A stretch of DNA of 64,000 nucleotides, taken from contig NC_092344.1 of assembly GCF_963676685.1 (NCBI RefSeq), positions 22,692,001 to 22,756,000 of the forward strand, given 5' to 3'. Position 1 is the stretch's first letter, and every line of letters starts with the position of its first letter. Below, one piece after another: positions 12,225 through 25,722 of the stretch. Both the position numbers and the translations under genes were made by a program. The stretch is from Mytilus edulis (taxonomy: Eukaryota). The notes under the pieces were generated by a model. It was given only the letters and a program-made list of their open reading frames with translations. It was not told where the DNA came from and made no database searches.

Positions 12225-13524
12225 GTTTGGAATATGGTGCATGGGAGTGATTTGAATGTTGCCTGTTTTCCTCAGATTGCTTGTTGTTACCAGAATGATT
12301 GAATTGATTTGTTATAAAAAAGGAAATGCATGATCCTTCAGAGTGGAGTTATGTATTGTTAAATTTAGAAAAAATGTGTCTTAATTTTGTGACCGATTTA
12401 AAAAAAAATGTTTGAATAGTGAAGTCACATATACTTTATAAATGTAAGAACTCTGTTATTTATTTGTTTGCATGTATATTGTAACACATCTTTAGGGACA
12501 TACATGAAAAAAAGTGAAAATGTTCTAGTCAAAATAGGTGCTGAGAAATCTGAGAGCTCTTTCAGTACTCAGTATATATGTTTTCAGACTAGTTCAAGTA
12601 CAAGACTTGACTGGTCATAAGATATGACTAGTTGTAATATAATGAATATCAAAATATTATACCAATATTTGTACATGTACCAAAAATGTTACAACTTTTT
12701 ATTTTTAACAGAATATGCAAATTTTCAAATTAAAAATTTTGAACAAATGGTGCTGTTTAATTTAAAATCCAGAATATTTGATGTTCAGTATATTGCAGAA
12801 ACTTATCATTACTAGAACTCTCCTACTATCCAACTATTTACTTTGCCAAATAAATCTAAAACATAAGCTTATGTACTATAAACCATCTTATATTACCCTG
12901 ACCAATCTCTTGCTTGTATGTGTATTGTTAACAGTTATTGTACTCAAATATATACAGTGTATATGATAAGATGATAATTAATCTCATGAAAAAACTGTGC
13001 ATATCTTTTTTGTAAATGTGTACTTTAAAAATTGCATTTACATTTTACAGTTGAAAAAGCTAAAACATATTTTACAGAATAGTTGCACAGATTTATTACA
13101 CAGATTTTGTAAAACATATTTGTATATCATTTATATCATTTTTACTCCAACATAAATGTTGCTAAGCATGCATAATGTTCAAATTTGTGTTTTTGCAGTT
13201 GAATAGTTACATGTAAGAAATAAGTAGTTTGCTTTTTAGTGCAGCTTTCTCTTTAGTCAATGCATTCTTTAATGCAGTAAGATATATGCTTCTGGGTTTA
13301 CAGTTTTCCATGAATTGTTAATTGAAAATTGATAAATGAGTCACTTTCTTTTTGAATATTTTAAATGGAAATGAAGAAAAAGGTCTGTCTTGGACTGGTT
13401 ATATCATGCAAGAGTTAGTATTTCTTTGGACTGATTTATTACAAAAGATCAGATAAATTAGTAATTTTGTGAAGTAAAAAGCATTACTTGTCGTCCAATA
13501 ATAATGAACTACTGTGTTTTCTAG

Positions 13525-13629
13525 GTCGGACTTGGTATGGATGGAGATATGATCAACCGAGTTTTACCTGAGGGAGAAGGTTCTATAGATAGAAGAATGC
13601 AATTTATCCCAGTAACACCTCCAGTACAG
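13525..13629 (+). CDS. EPB41: Protein 4.1 exon (VGLGMDGDMINRVLPEG...TPPVQ)
   Basis: ttttctag/gttaat; 105 nt, phase 0-0. Confidence 0.75.
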
Positions 13630-14341
13630 GTTAATATTTTACTTCATGCAGTTAAAACATTTGCAAACAACTCCTCTTGAAGATATTTGTCAGTTTTTAA
13701 ACTTGATGACCCAAGACTCAAGTGTTTTGTCCAGCTTTTGCAATTGATATATAAATTCCACTGATTTGACCTACTGTACGTGGTTTTATGCATACATGTC
13801 AACCTCTGACAATGGGAAATTTGCGTGTAAAGTGGTGAAAAGGGTCTACACGCCATGTGACAAAATCCTCGCGTGTAAACCGTTGAAAAAGCGTGTATTA
13901 CATGCGAATATCATGTCACTTGACATGTATGGTTTTATGATTATACTATGTAGAAGAAATTGTTTAGATCTCAGCATACAGCAAACAAAAACAACATCGT
14001 AAACATTTTAAACAAAATTTACTAAGATTTTCTACCTTAAGTAAAAACCTATCAATTGATATTTGCTAACAAGTTTTGGGAAACATTTCTAGTTCTTTCA
14101 ATTATTGCTGACAACTTTAACTACTATTGATAATATCATTTTTGGAAAATGACTTATTTTAATCTTTTAAACTTTGATATTTTATATTGACAGAGATGAA
14201 CACTTCATTGTTCTTTGCAAAGCTTCTAGTGAGGCTACACAGTGTAATTTGACAATTAAAACAATTGATATAGTATTGGATTTTTGATCACAGAGTAAGC
14301 TCTCTGAAATTGTACAAATGATTTTTTTGTTTCTACTTCAG

Positions 14342-14497
14342 GAGACTAAAGATTCGCTGAAGGGCCATAGCAATTCAACAATGCCATTTTTCGATTCTGC
14401 GTCAGGAGATACCCTTGGCAAAAAGGTACCACCCCCAGTTCCTCCAAAAGGCATGAGGAATGGATTTTCGGAAGAAGACAGATCAATGCAAGACATG
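14342..14497 (+). CDS. EPB41: Protein 4.1 exon with proline-rich PPPVPPK motif
   Basis: ctacttcag/gtaaat; 156 nt, phase 0-0. Confidence 0.8.
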
Positions 14498-15459
14498 GTA
14501 AATTTTTTAATTTTTTATTAACAATTCTTTTTCTTCTACATATTTAGGTGTAAAGTTTATTTTAATTGGTGTTTCTTTATTGGAAAGGTGATGGTAGGTT
14601 ATTGTATTTCAGTCTACTAATTAAACCACTATTTTAGTTGAATCAGCTAGATTCACTTTCTGATAAATCATTTTTTCCTTCCTGATGCAGATTTATATGA
14701 AATCAAAAGACCATCTTTCAGCCATTAGTAAAATCATAGAGCCGACTCCAGCGGTACTTGCCTCATAAATTTAATTTAGGAGCTAAAAACAATGAATTAT
14801 TTGGGATATTTAAAAAAAAATATTTGCTTCTATTATTTCCATTTAGAAATTAGAAAAAAATATCTGTTTTTTTATACCTACTTTCTAGGTAGATCTTTTA
14901 ATGTTTATTAACACTAACCTCTGATGTATATGTTGTCTAAATATGTCAATAACATATAGAATGTTTGTCCTGTCCATGTTCTAATGTGACATCATGTCCT
15001 GTCCATGTCTTCTAATGTACACAATGTTTGTATTGTCATATGCCTGATTGGTTGTCTCTGTTTAGGTACCACAGTCAATAAACAAAATATTATAGGATGT
15101 TGTCCAATCTTTATAGGAAGACCTTCAAAATTAATGACACTTTATAAAAAGGAATTAAATTAGTTTTACAAAATTAATGAAAGGTGTGATTTTAATCAAA
15201 GAGAGTTCTTTCCCTTTGAGGAATGTTTTATTTTGCCCTGACTTTTGCTGTTGGAATGGTTTTATATTTCAGGTTTTAACGGCTAGTGTTATGCATTGTT
15301 TTTGGCTTTTACAAGTTGCATTTCTTCATGAGCATTTGTTGCCAGTGTTTAGATTAAACAATTTCTGTCTCTCTGCCGCGTACATCTGTTTATCTTCAGG
15401 TGAAGGTTCTTGCGCTGCTTCTGAAAGCTTCAAGCAGATTCCATCTTTCTGTTTTTCAG

Positions 15460-15663
15460 CCACCAACTATTCCTACAGAAAGTTTTACTTATGAAAATAA
15501 TACGGATGACATCCCTATTTCAACGAAAAATGTTCCTTTTGTAAAGACAAAAACACAAACAGTTACATATGAAAAAGACGGTTATCCTTATGAAACGGAA
15601 GATGGAATCCTGATAAGTTCACAGTCCCATAGTACACGATCACAAACCATTGAAACTACCACA
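15460..15663 (+). CDS. EPB41: Protein 4.1 C-terminal domain exon 1 (PPTIPTES...VPFVKTKTQTVTYE...QTIETTT)
   Basis: gtttttcag/gtaagt; resembles 4.1 CTD VPxVxTETKTITYE. Confidence 0.9.
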
Positions 15664-15962
15664 GTAAGTTCTTATAGGCAGACTGTGGTTTCTTATTTAC
15701 TAACATTTCTTAATTGCTCTTTGAATGTTTATATTTTCTTTACCTATAGTATAATGGAGAATGCAATTACAAAATTAGCATGTTGGATTATGCAAACTGG
15801 AATGTTTATATATAGAATTAAAAAAGCATCGGCATTTAAGCTTTCATTTATTTCCAGTGCCATCTGTTAGATCTTGACCAAACTTGGACGTTGCCTCTTT
15901 TGAAGCAATGACCTTGACTTCTTTAATAAAATACCTTTGGTATCTTCTATCTCTCAAAATTA

Positions 15963-16836
15963 TAAAGTCACTAGATCATTGTTAAAGGTTAAAGTCACTA
16001 GATCATTGTTAAAGGTTAAAGTCGCTAGATCATTGTTAAAGGTTAAAGTCGCTAGATCATTGTTAAAGGTTAAAGTCACTAGATCATTGTTAAAAGTTAA
16101 AGTCACTAGATCATTGTTAAAGGTTAAAGTCACTAGATCATTGTTAAAGGTTAAAGTCACTGGATCATTGTTAAAGGTTAAAGTCACTAGATCATTGTTA
16201 AAGGTTAAAGTCACTAGATCATTGTTAAAGGTTAAAGTTGCTAGATCATTGTTAAAGGTTAAAGTTGCTAGATCATTGTTAAAGGTAAAGGTTAAAGTCC
16301 CTAGATCATTGTTAAAGGTTAAAGTCCCTAGATCATTGTTAAAGGTTAAAGTCCCTAGATCATTGTTAAAGGTTAAAGTCCCTAGATCATTGTTAAAGGT
16401 TAAAGTCGCTAGATCATTGTTAAAGGTTAAAGTCGCTAGATCATTGTTAAAGGTTAAAGTCGCTAGATCATTGTTGAAGGTTAAAGTCGCTAGGTCATTG
16501 TTAAAGGTTAAAGTCATAGATCATTGTTAAAGGTTAAAGTCACTAGATCATTGTTAAAGGTTAAAGTCACTAGATCATTGTTAAAGGTTAAAGTCACTAG
16601 ATCATTGTTAAAGGTTAGTCACTAGATCATTGTTAAAGGTTAAAGTCACTGGATCATTGTTAAAGGTTAAAGTCACTGGATCATTGTTAAAGGTTAAAGT
16701 CACTGGATCATTGTTAAAGGTTAAAGTCACTAGATCATTGTTAAAGGTTAAAGTCACTAGATCATTGTTAAAGGTTAAAGTCGCTAGATCATTGTTAAAG
16801 GTTAAAGTCGATAGATCATTGTTAAAGGTTAAAGTA
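15963..16836. repeat. 27-bp minisatellite (aaagtcactagatcattgttaaaggtt), about 32 copies, intronic
   Basis: Directly visible tandem periodicity; produces the spurious KVTRSLLKV ORFs. Confidence 0.97.
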
Positions 16837-19170
16837 ACCATAATATAAAATGAAATATAAAGTACGATTTGATTATAGGCTATTAATCAAGAGTAAAATT
16901 TGGGAAGAATTTTAAATTTTTACATTTTTTCATAGACATTAAACACATGGCTTAGGCTCTATATAAAGGAGGCTTCTTGAAATATTATGTAATTTATGAC
17001 TACTGTTTAATTGACATTGATTATTTTACTTAAAACCACAATTAATAGTCTTGCAGCACTGTTCATGTGTAAACTTTCATGATGTTATCTTCCAGTAAAA
17101 CACCTTAAACAATTGGAACTAATCAACATATAGTTGATTGATATTGCAGCAGTTCCTTTTTAGAACTATATTTATTAGCTTGAATTGTAATTTAAAAAAT
17201 AAAGGCCTGAGCTTCTGCAATTTAAATCAGGCTTCAACGAAACTTTTCTAAGGTGCTCAACTTTTGAAAACTATATCTTGGAGTCCATTTGTAATGACTA
17301 TCATTAAGACACTATTCTTAACATCTTGGACATTTTATATTATATTTAAAATTCAATTATGCATTTAGGTCAGCTAACAGTAGAACCTTCTCTATACCTA
17401 TTTTCTTTGGCTCCTTTAAAAGTTTCTTAGAATCTGTGAAATGCATTTATGCTAGATAATGAGACTTGCAGCTTCTTTCTTTTCTTATTTTAAAAGTTAA
17501 AAAATAATTATTAAATAATGGAAACGTTAGATATTGCATATTTTTTTTAAAGGTAAAGATTGCATGAAATGCAATCAAAACCTTATGGGACTGACTTGAT
17601 ATCTAAATCTTCCAAGACTTATCACTAGTTTTTGATACACAAAATATAGTGCATTCATCATAACATTCTATACATCCTATCCTTGAACATTTCCAGAAAT
17701 TATCAATGTAATGTATGCTCAGATATTTGAGGCACAAAATGCTGTTACACTTGTCAAGAAAATTACATTACTCTTGCAAGGTGCAGGAATATAATATCTG
17801 ATCTAAAATTATAAATGATGTCATTGTTAAAGTCATCTCAATTAAAAAATTGGAGTTATCTTCCTTTGTCTAGAATTGCTGTTAAATCAACTACAACCAA
17901 TGCAATATTTTATTTTACTTCCAACTGATAAATTAAAGCAATCTTTACCATTCAGTGCTTACAAGCACTTCGATTTTCTTATGTTTAATATAGTGTGTTA
18001 TTTAAAGATACAAGGAAAATGTTGAATAATTATAGATTATCGTTGATCATCTCAACGAGATTGATTTTCTCGCTTGAGCTGGTACAGCGAAAGTGAGAAA
18101 AGCAATCCAGTTGAGATGACCAATGATAATCTGTTTATCGCTATTTTACCTATGACGACGTTGTCAGATAATTTTTCCATCTCAAGCGAGAAGCATGATA
18201 TGAAAATTATCACAAAAAAAGATCAAAGGAAAAATGCACAAAATAGCGATAAATGCTATTACTTGCTCTAAAAAATAATCTTTTCTGCCATGATTGATTT
18301 GTCATGGGTAGTAAATAAGTATTGCCATGTGACAGTCATAGAGTATTGCAGAATATTGCATGAATTTTAAAGGACAGTTGTTCTAAGATATTTCTGAATA
18401 TACTGTATTATTGTTACATGCTTTAGTCATTTTACTTGCACTTAAATTCAATTAAAACATATAAAACAAAAATGTTTCAAATTTTGAAGATCAATAACCT
18501 TATGTATTATCAATTGAAAAAGAAAAATAATTTTACGGAGGATAAGTTAGAATTAAAGTTATTTTGCAGAGGATTAGTGAGAATTCAAGTTATTTTACTA
18601 TAAATGCATTTACCAAATGATTTAGGTCTTGAAACTTTCCTTTTTTTTCAGATATTAGTAGCTAATTGCTTTGTATAACCATATTAGCATGCTAAATAGA
18701 TATAACCCTGCCATATAATGATCTAATGAGGTTTTGTTTTTATGTGAAATACTTACATTTTGAAAATTAAACTTTATTTAAAACTTTCTTGCCTTTCTAC
18801 CTAACACCATTACCATCTAAAAAAATGTTTTAGTCTTGGAGTACTAAATTCAACAGATACACTTTAGTATGATCTTTAAAACAAATTACTAGACAGACCT
18901 CATTAAAGCAGTTACATTTTAAAAAGCATTAAAAATATTTATGTTGATAACAATGTTACGATTTAATTGTCATATATATCATGTATATCAATTGATAGGA
19001 ACTGTTATATTTATATGCCACCTATATTTGCAGTGTTTGATATTTTACCATTTCAATTTTATGTGGAAATTAACATTGAAATACAAACAATTTCCTGCTG
19101 TATATTTTAATGAGAATTTTCTTATTATATTGTGACAATATTTGTAATATGGTATATAATTTTGTTGCAG

Positions 19171-19266
19171 TATAAAACAGAAAAAGATGGCAAAGTAGAA
19201 ACACGGGTGGAGAAAAAGGTTGTGATAACAGATGAAGGAGATGATGATGATTTAGATCATGATGAT
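19171..19266 (+). CDS. EPB41: Protein 4.1 CTD exon 2 (YKTEKDGKVETRVEKKVVITDEGDDDDLDHDD)
   Basis: ttgttgcag/gtaaga; ETRVEKKVVIT..DHD CTD motif. Confidence 0.93.
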
Positions 19267-19425
19267 GTAAGATTTACCTTAAAGTCATATGAAACCTCAA
19301 ATTAAAAAAAATGATGCACATGTTTTTTATAACAAAATGGATAGTTTGCATTATTTAACTTATGGTCATGTACTTTTTTCTGAAGAAAATTCTTTTATTT
19401 GTCCACATTTAGAAGAAGTATATTG

Positions 19426-20779
19426 TTTTTAACGGATTTTTGTGACAAAAATGTCGGTTATTGATTTGTAGGGCAATCAAATGTTGTCCGTGCATTAACT
19501 CATGAACCGTTCAACCAAAGCTTTTAAAATTTTAATATGTTGCTACTGACAACTAAATGAAGGTCAAGTTAAATAATGGCGATTTTGACTTTTACCGTTT
19601 AGGAGTTATGGTTCTTGAAAGATTGAAAAATGGTTTTTCCAGTCGTGTCCGTGCATTTACGCATGAACTGTTCTTCCAAAGCTCCCCAAATTTTAATATG
19701 TTGTCACTGATGACAAAATGGAGGTCAATTTCAATAATGACGATTTTGACTTTTCCCGTTCAAGATTTATGGTTCTTGAAAGATTGAAAAATGGAGTTTC
19801 CAGTCGTGTCCGTGTATTTACACATGAACTGTTCTACCAAAACTTCCCAAATTTCAATATGTTGTTACTGATGACAAAATGGAGGTCAAGTTCAATAATG
19901 ACGATTTTGACTTTTACCGTTCAGGAGTTATGGTTCTTGAAAGATTGAAAAATGGTGTTTCCAGTCGTGTCCGTGCATTTTCTCATGAACCATTCAACCA
20001 AAGCTTTGGAAATTTTTATATGTTGTTACTGATGACAAAATAGAGGTCAAGTTCAATAATGACGATTTTGACTTTTACCGGTCAGAAGTTGTGGTTCTTG
20101 AAAGATCGTAAAATGGTGTTTCCATTCACTTTAGGCCTAAAAAAAAAAGATATGTGTTTCCGGTAACATCATTTTGAAAAATAGGGTCGGTAGGTCGGAA
20201 TTCTTTTTTTTTTTTTTTGACATCGTAAATGAAATCCGGAAAATTATCATGGTTTTTCCAAGTCCGGATCCGTAATTAGTTTCAAAAACCGGAAGTGTGC
20301 CATTTGCAATGTTTTTGAAGCACCTGCTGTGCAAATTTCTTGGATTTTAACCTATTTGGAATACCTTTTGACATTAATAAAATGTTTTACTGGCTTTCTA
20401 TGCAAGTAGAAGCAAGAGAGAAAAAATATTATGTCATCTATCAGAAGCCTGTGTCAAAAACGGGGTCAGTTGATACAATTTTTTTTTTTTTTTTTGAAGA
20501 TCCAATAAAAGAGTTAGGGTCGGGGCTAAAAAACAGGGTCGGTCGGGTTACCGGAAACATCGATCTTTTTTTTCTCGGCCTTATTGCATTTACTCATGAA
20601 CCATTCAATCTAAGCTTTTCAAATTTTAATATGTTGATACTGATGACAAAATAGAGGTCAAATTTGATATTGACGATTTTCACTTTCACCATTGATCAGT
20701 AATGGTTCTTGTGATATTGCCAGGACACAAATAAATGTTAGTAAATCCGGTTTGCTGTTGTTGTGACAGCCTCTTGTTT
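19426..20779 (+). mobile_element. Non-autonomous Helentron/HINE-like element with ~161-bp internal tandem repeats
   Basis: T-rich insertion site, 4-5 tandem core repeats, 3' end ctcttgttt shared with other such elements in the window. Confidence 0.6.
20134..20580. mobile_element. PIF/Harbinger-type MITE inserted in the HINE-like element
   Basis: ~34-bp imperfect TIRs (ggcctaaaa...gtttccggtaac / gttaccggaaac...ctcggcc), TTA target duplication on both sides. Confidence 0.8.
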
Positions 20780-21479
20780 ATTGCTTGCTTCCAAGAAGCA
20801 ATTCACTGACATATTTTCCGTATTCAAAGTGCCCATAACGTGAACCTTCTCATAAAAATCCGGTGATCGCAATATGCATGGATCTGTCACTGATAAACTA
20901 TCATCTTATTGTACATGTTATAAACACATGCTTAATATCCATGCTTTTTCGTTGATTGGTTACTATAAGATGTCAATTGGTAAACTTCGGAGTCAAAATA
21001 CGGCATTTAATGAGCTGCCATATTTGTTAAACATAACAGACAGAGAGAAAAAAAATTGACAATTGCACGATATATTTGCGTCAAAAATGATAAAATCATG
21101 CACAGAAGACTAAGTTTATATATGTACATGCATTGGTTCAAGAATTGGATAAACATTATTTTCACCAGTCACTTGTTTCATATGACTTTAAAATACAATG
21201 TTGTGCCTGGTTTTATTAATATTACTTCATGTGCTTGGGTACAGGATTTCAATACAGGTATCAATGTTTTCATAAATTATTTAAATGATGTGGTCAAACT
21301 TTTTGTAGCCCAAACTCCTTATTCAAATGCAAGATATTTTAAAAAAAAATGGAATTTAAAATGTACTGTATCATGTATGTATTTTATACACATTGTTTTA
21401 CAGTTGGTGCTATACTTTTAATTTCTTAGTGGGTTTTTTTCTGACGATAAACTGATGTTTTAATAATATTTCATTTTAG

Positions 21480-21578
21480 CTCTTAGCAGAAGCTATCCGT
21501 TCTGTAACAGAAATGAATCCAGATTTGTCAGTAGAAAGAATAGAATGCATGAGACAGATTGAAGAAGTGGAAAAATAG
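21480..21578 (+). CDS. EPB41: Protein 4.1 last coding exon (LLAEAIRSVTEMNPDLSVERIECMRQIEEVEK*)
   Basis: cattttag acceptor; LAxAIxxxxEMNPDLSV CTD motif; TAG stop. Confidence 0.92.
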   Translation, partial: LLAEAIRSVTEMNPDLSVERIECMRQIEEVEK

Positions 21579-22134
21579 AAACATTATCATTGGTATGAAA
21601 GTTATTTACTCAATATCTGTTGATAATAGACAATAGTTTTGATAACTTTTTTAAATAGGAGTTAAGTCCCTTGAAAATGTAAATTCTATATAAAATTGCA
21701 ATGTTAGTGCTCACAAGTGAATAAACCTTTCAAGATATTTTGTAAATGAATCATAGATCAAGCAATATCTTGGACCAGTTAGAAAATCAGTACTGATCCA
21801 CTAAGGAGTTAATCCCTTGGAAATCTAGATTATATGCTAATTGCATTGTAAGAACACTTGCAACTAAATTTATAAGGATTGTTATGAAATTTTCATCAAA
21901 GGTTTATATCAGCAATGTTATGGAAAAGTTTGAAAATCGGTGCTAATCAAGTAATTTTACAGTTGAAATGTAATATTTATTGAACATTGCATTGTAAGCA
22001 CTCTCTCACCTTTATTTATTTACAATAACTCCTGTTTTGTATATATCATCATCATCCGTAGAATAATATGAAAATAAAATCTCAAGTAGTATACCTTGCT
22101 GTTGATGGATCAATGTTTACAAAAGCCTTTGTTT

Positions 22135-23032
22135 GGGAAAGCATTTCTTTTGATAATTATACATAGAACATACTTTTACTTCAATGTTTATAAAAGCTAT
22201 ATTTTGGGAAGCCTTATTATTGAAGAAATTACATAAAACATATATTTACCTAAATGCCTATAAAAGCTGTATTTTGGGAAGCCTTTCTATTAAAGATCTT
22301 TGAAAGGACATACATTTACCTCAATGTTTATAAAATCTATATTTTAGTAAGCCTTTCTATTAAAGATCTTTGAAAGGACATACATTTACCTCAATGTTTA
22401 TAAAATCTATATTTTAGTAAGCCTTTCTATTAAAGATCTTTGAAAGGACATACATTTACCTCAATGTTTATAAAATCTATATTTTAGTAAGCCTTTCTAT
22501 TAAAGATCTTTGAAAGGACATACATTTACCTCAATGTTTATAAAATCTATATTTTAGTAAGCCTTTCTATATAAGATCTTTGAAAGGACATACATTTACC
22601 TCAATGTTTATAAAATCTATATTTTAGTAAGCCTTTCTATTAAAGATCTTTGAAAGGACATACATTTACCTCAATGTTTATAAAATCTATATTTTAGTAA
22701 GCCTTTCTATTAAAGATCTTTGAAAGGACATACATTTACCTCAATGTTTATAAAATCTATATTTTAGTAAGCCTTTCTATTAAAGATCTTTGAAAGGACA
22801 TACATTTACCTCAATGTTTATAAAATCTATATTTTAGTAAGCCTTTCTATTAAAGATCTTTGAAAGGACATACATTTACCTCAATGTTTATAAAATCTAT
22901 ATTTTAGTAAGCCTTTCTATTAAAGATCTTTGAAAGGACATACATTTACCTCAATGTTTAATTTATAAAAGCTATATTTTAGTAAGCCTTTCTATTAAAG
23001 ATCTTTGAAAGGACATACATTTACTCAATGTT
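22135..23032. repeat. 70-bp minisatellite, about 10 near-identical plus 2 degenerate copies
   Basis: Unit tcaatgtttataaaatctatattttagtaagcctttctattaaagatctttgaaaggacatacatttacc. Confidence 0.95.
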
Positions 23033-23048
23033 TATGTTTATATTTTAG

Positions 23049-24990
23049 GTTTCAAGTGTTGAAAGGAGTGCTTCAGAAGAGACAGATGATCTTTTAGTGC
23101 CTAAAGACTTGTTTTATTGCTCTTTATAAAGACGTTGGCCTGTTATATTGTACTGATGGTACTAAACCACAGCGCCAGACTGGTTTAGAAAGAATATCGT
23201 AAAATGTGATAACAACCTTCCCCTCCCCAAACTAATTATAATCAGTTAGTGTTATTTTAATGGGTATTCCAAACTATAAGCAGTTTTACATTTTGATTTG
23301 ATTGTTTGATATTTTCATTTGATGAGTATACATGGACTGTCATAAGTGTAGTTGTTTATATAAACTGCCTTCTGTAGCTTACAATTCTGTTCTTTATGAA
23401 TAGTGTGGTTTCTGGGGGATAATTCAGGATTGTTATATACATTTTTTTTCATAATAACATTCATTTGTTTATTTTCTTCTAATCCAGTCTGGTTTTAAAT
23501 GCAATAATTTATATGTGAAAGTGTTTAGTTTTATTGTTTTAGCATCATTATAGATAAATCATGACATATTTTGTATAGCTCATCAATTGTAAAGAAAAAT
23601 CCATTTTTATCATGCATTTGTTTTATATATGTTAGTCCATTTATTTTTTATCTTTCGTTGATCAACACATTTGTGAAGAAGACATATATGATGATACTTT
23701 TAAGAAATGAGGTTCTGAACCTGAATATTCATTAGTTTACATTTATCCATGAAGCAAAGGTCATTTAGGTTTGAAATAATTTATTTTTTAAATTTTAAAA
23801 GAAAATTAAGAACTTTTTATTTTTTGTTGTTAAATTTATTTAGAAAAATGAGGATTTTTATAATTAAACACAAAATTGTGATGATAATAGGGATGAGAGA
23901 CCACTGAAAATGGAATTAATAATGAAATAATAATACATGATAAAACATTAAAATATTACACATAGATATATTGTTACTGAATATATCATTTTATAGTTTT
24001 TATTAAATTCTAATTTTTTACAAAAAAAGTGCATTTTCTTATCTGTTTTATAAATTCTATATGAAAATGCTTATTTTATTTATGAATTAATGTTGTGTGG
24101 GAGGCAGCCGGTACACAGTTGATTATTATTATACAAATAAATTTGTTCTTTTTGTATAAAAATGTAGTTATAACAAATTTTTATGAATTTGTAAATTTGT
24201 CTTTGGTCAAAAAATATTTCTTTTTTTACTACAAGAAATTATTTGACCAAGTAAATTGACAAATCTATTTATATAGACTATTTTATGTTGCATTTTGCTC
24301 AATGCTTGTTTCACTTCGACTTGCTTTATGTTTTAAAATAGATGTAGCATAGATTTTGAAGCTTGAAAACAGATAAAGCCTTCTATCTTGCTGTCTTTGT
24401 AGGTGATAAGTCTGCGCCATTCTTTTGATCTCCTAAAAATTTGTTTTTTATTAAATTTTGTCAAGATTTAATTTTAAATCATTGAATCTAATACAGGTTA
24501 TCCTGAAGCAGTCTGTATTCTTTTTGTTATGGGAAAAGTGGGGACTAATTTTACTCATTACATTTTGTTTTTACATAAAAGAGTATATTTCACAAATAAC
24601 ATTTAACAATGTATTTCTTCAGTAGCAGAATGACAAATTTTCAAACCCATGTCATCATTGAGTTATTGTTTATCAAATCACATCAAAATACTTTTGCTAT
24701 TTTTTTTTATGTTTCATAAAATGCGTGGATACTATACTAAAAAAAGTTACAGTAATTGATATTTTTGATACATGGTAACGAGTAATCTCAGATTTTAATC
24801 ATTATCAGTGTGATGAAATGAAAGTCATTCTGCTGAACTGTCCTTACATAAACTTTCTGTAGTTGTCACACATTTTATGGTTGTTTTAATTGTAGCCTTG
24901 AAAAGGCATTATTTATTTTGTCTGTTTCCCACATATTATAGCAGCTGTTCAGAACATCATTTTATTCTTAAAAGCATATTAATAAATTTT
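23049..24990 (+). other. Probable non-coding terminal exon / 3' UTR of the protein 4.1 gene
   Basis: Candidate donor g|gtatga at 21593 just after the stop, acceptor tatattttag at 23048, T-rich sequence without obvious repeats, AATAAA at 24981. Confidence 0.4.
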
Positions 24991-25512
24991 TAAATGACAC
25001 TTGGATTTTCATTGCGCCTTATGAATTCAAGAAGTTTTTTCAATATAATTGTCACTTCAATGTGACTTCAAATGACATCTAGTGATAATAAATGACTTGA
25101 ACAGTTTTGATACAAGTAATTGCAAACCAGATTTTACTGTGAAGCACATATTACCCTAGCATAATAGAAAGAAAGTATCCATGACTCAAAATCAGTTTAT
25201 GCACTACAAAAAAACACATAAAGCAATGTGCAGGGAACTCTTCTTCATCTCAAAATGTAGTGAGGCCTTCAAGTTGAAGCAACAAACCAAAAAAACTTGC
25301 ACCTCACTGCAAGTTTTAGACAGCCCTAAGAACCTATTTGAGCAGAATTCTTTGCAAACTGACAATCGTACAACATTTGTTAATTAAAGACCAAAGAAAT
25401 GGAGTAGCATCCATAAAATAAATCTGGCAAAAAAATCAAATATGTACTGTCATAATTTTAACCTAACAATCACAATGTAGTTTGCCAAAAAGTACATACA
25501 TTTAGACAACTA

Positions 25513-25722
25513 ATGTGGATTCACCTATTTTTGTGGGTACCAATTTTCGTGGATAAAGGAAAACTTGCATGTTCTTTGATATTTAATTTCGTAGTTTTGC
25601 CGAGGTCTGCATACAAGCCTATAGAAAATTTGACATTTGCTGAATATTTTATTTCGTGGTTTACTTGTTCCCACGAAATCCACGAAAATTGGTATCCAAA
25701 GAATGATAATGAATCCACAGTA
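25513..25722. mobile_element. MITE (Tc1/mariner-like, tgtggattca...tgaatccacagta)
   Basis: Terminal inverted repeats and internal inverted ccaattttcgtgga / tccacgaaaattgg. Confidence 0.7.

Larger units (their letters stand above)
180..21578 (+). other. EPB41: Protein 4.1 / coracle (EPB41 family) gene, 3' portion; 5' exons lie upstream of the window
   Basis: Chain of GT-AG exons with consistent phases encoding FERM C-lobe, FA motif SKFRYSGRT and 4.1 CTD, ending in TAG at 21576-21578. Confidence 0.92.

Noticed and set aside
15937-16848. ORFs of repeated KVTRSLLKV / TLTFNNDL
   Set aside because: By-product of the 27-bp minisatellite; no splice sites or homology linking it to the gene
19557-19948. 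Two similar 76-aa ORFs
   Set aside because: Translations of 161-bp core repeats of a non-coding HINE-like element
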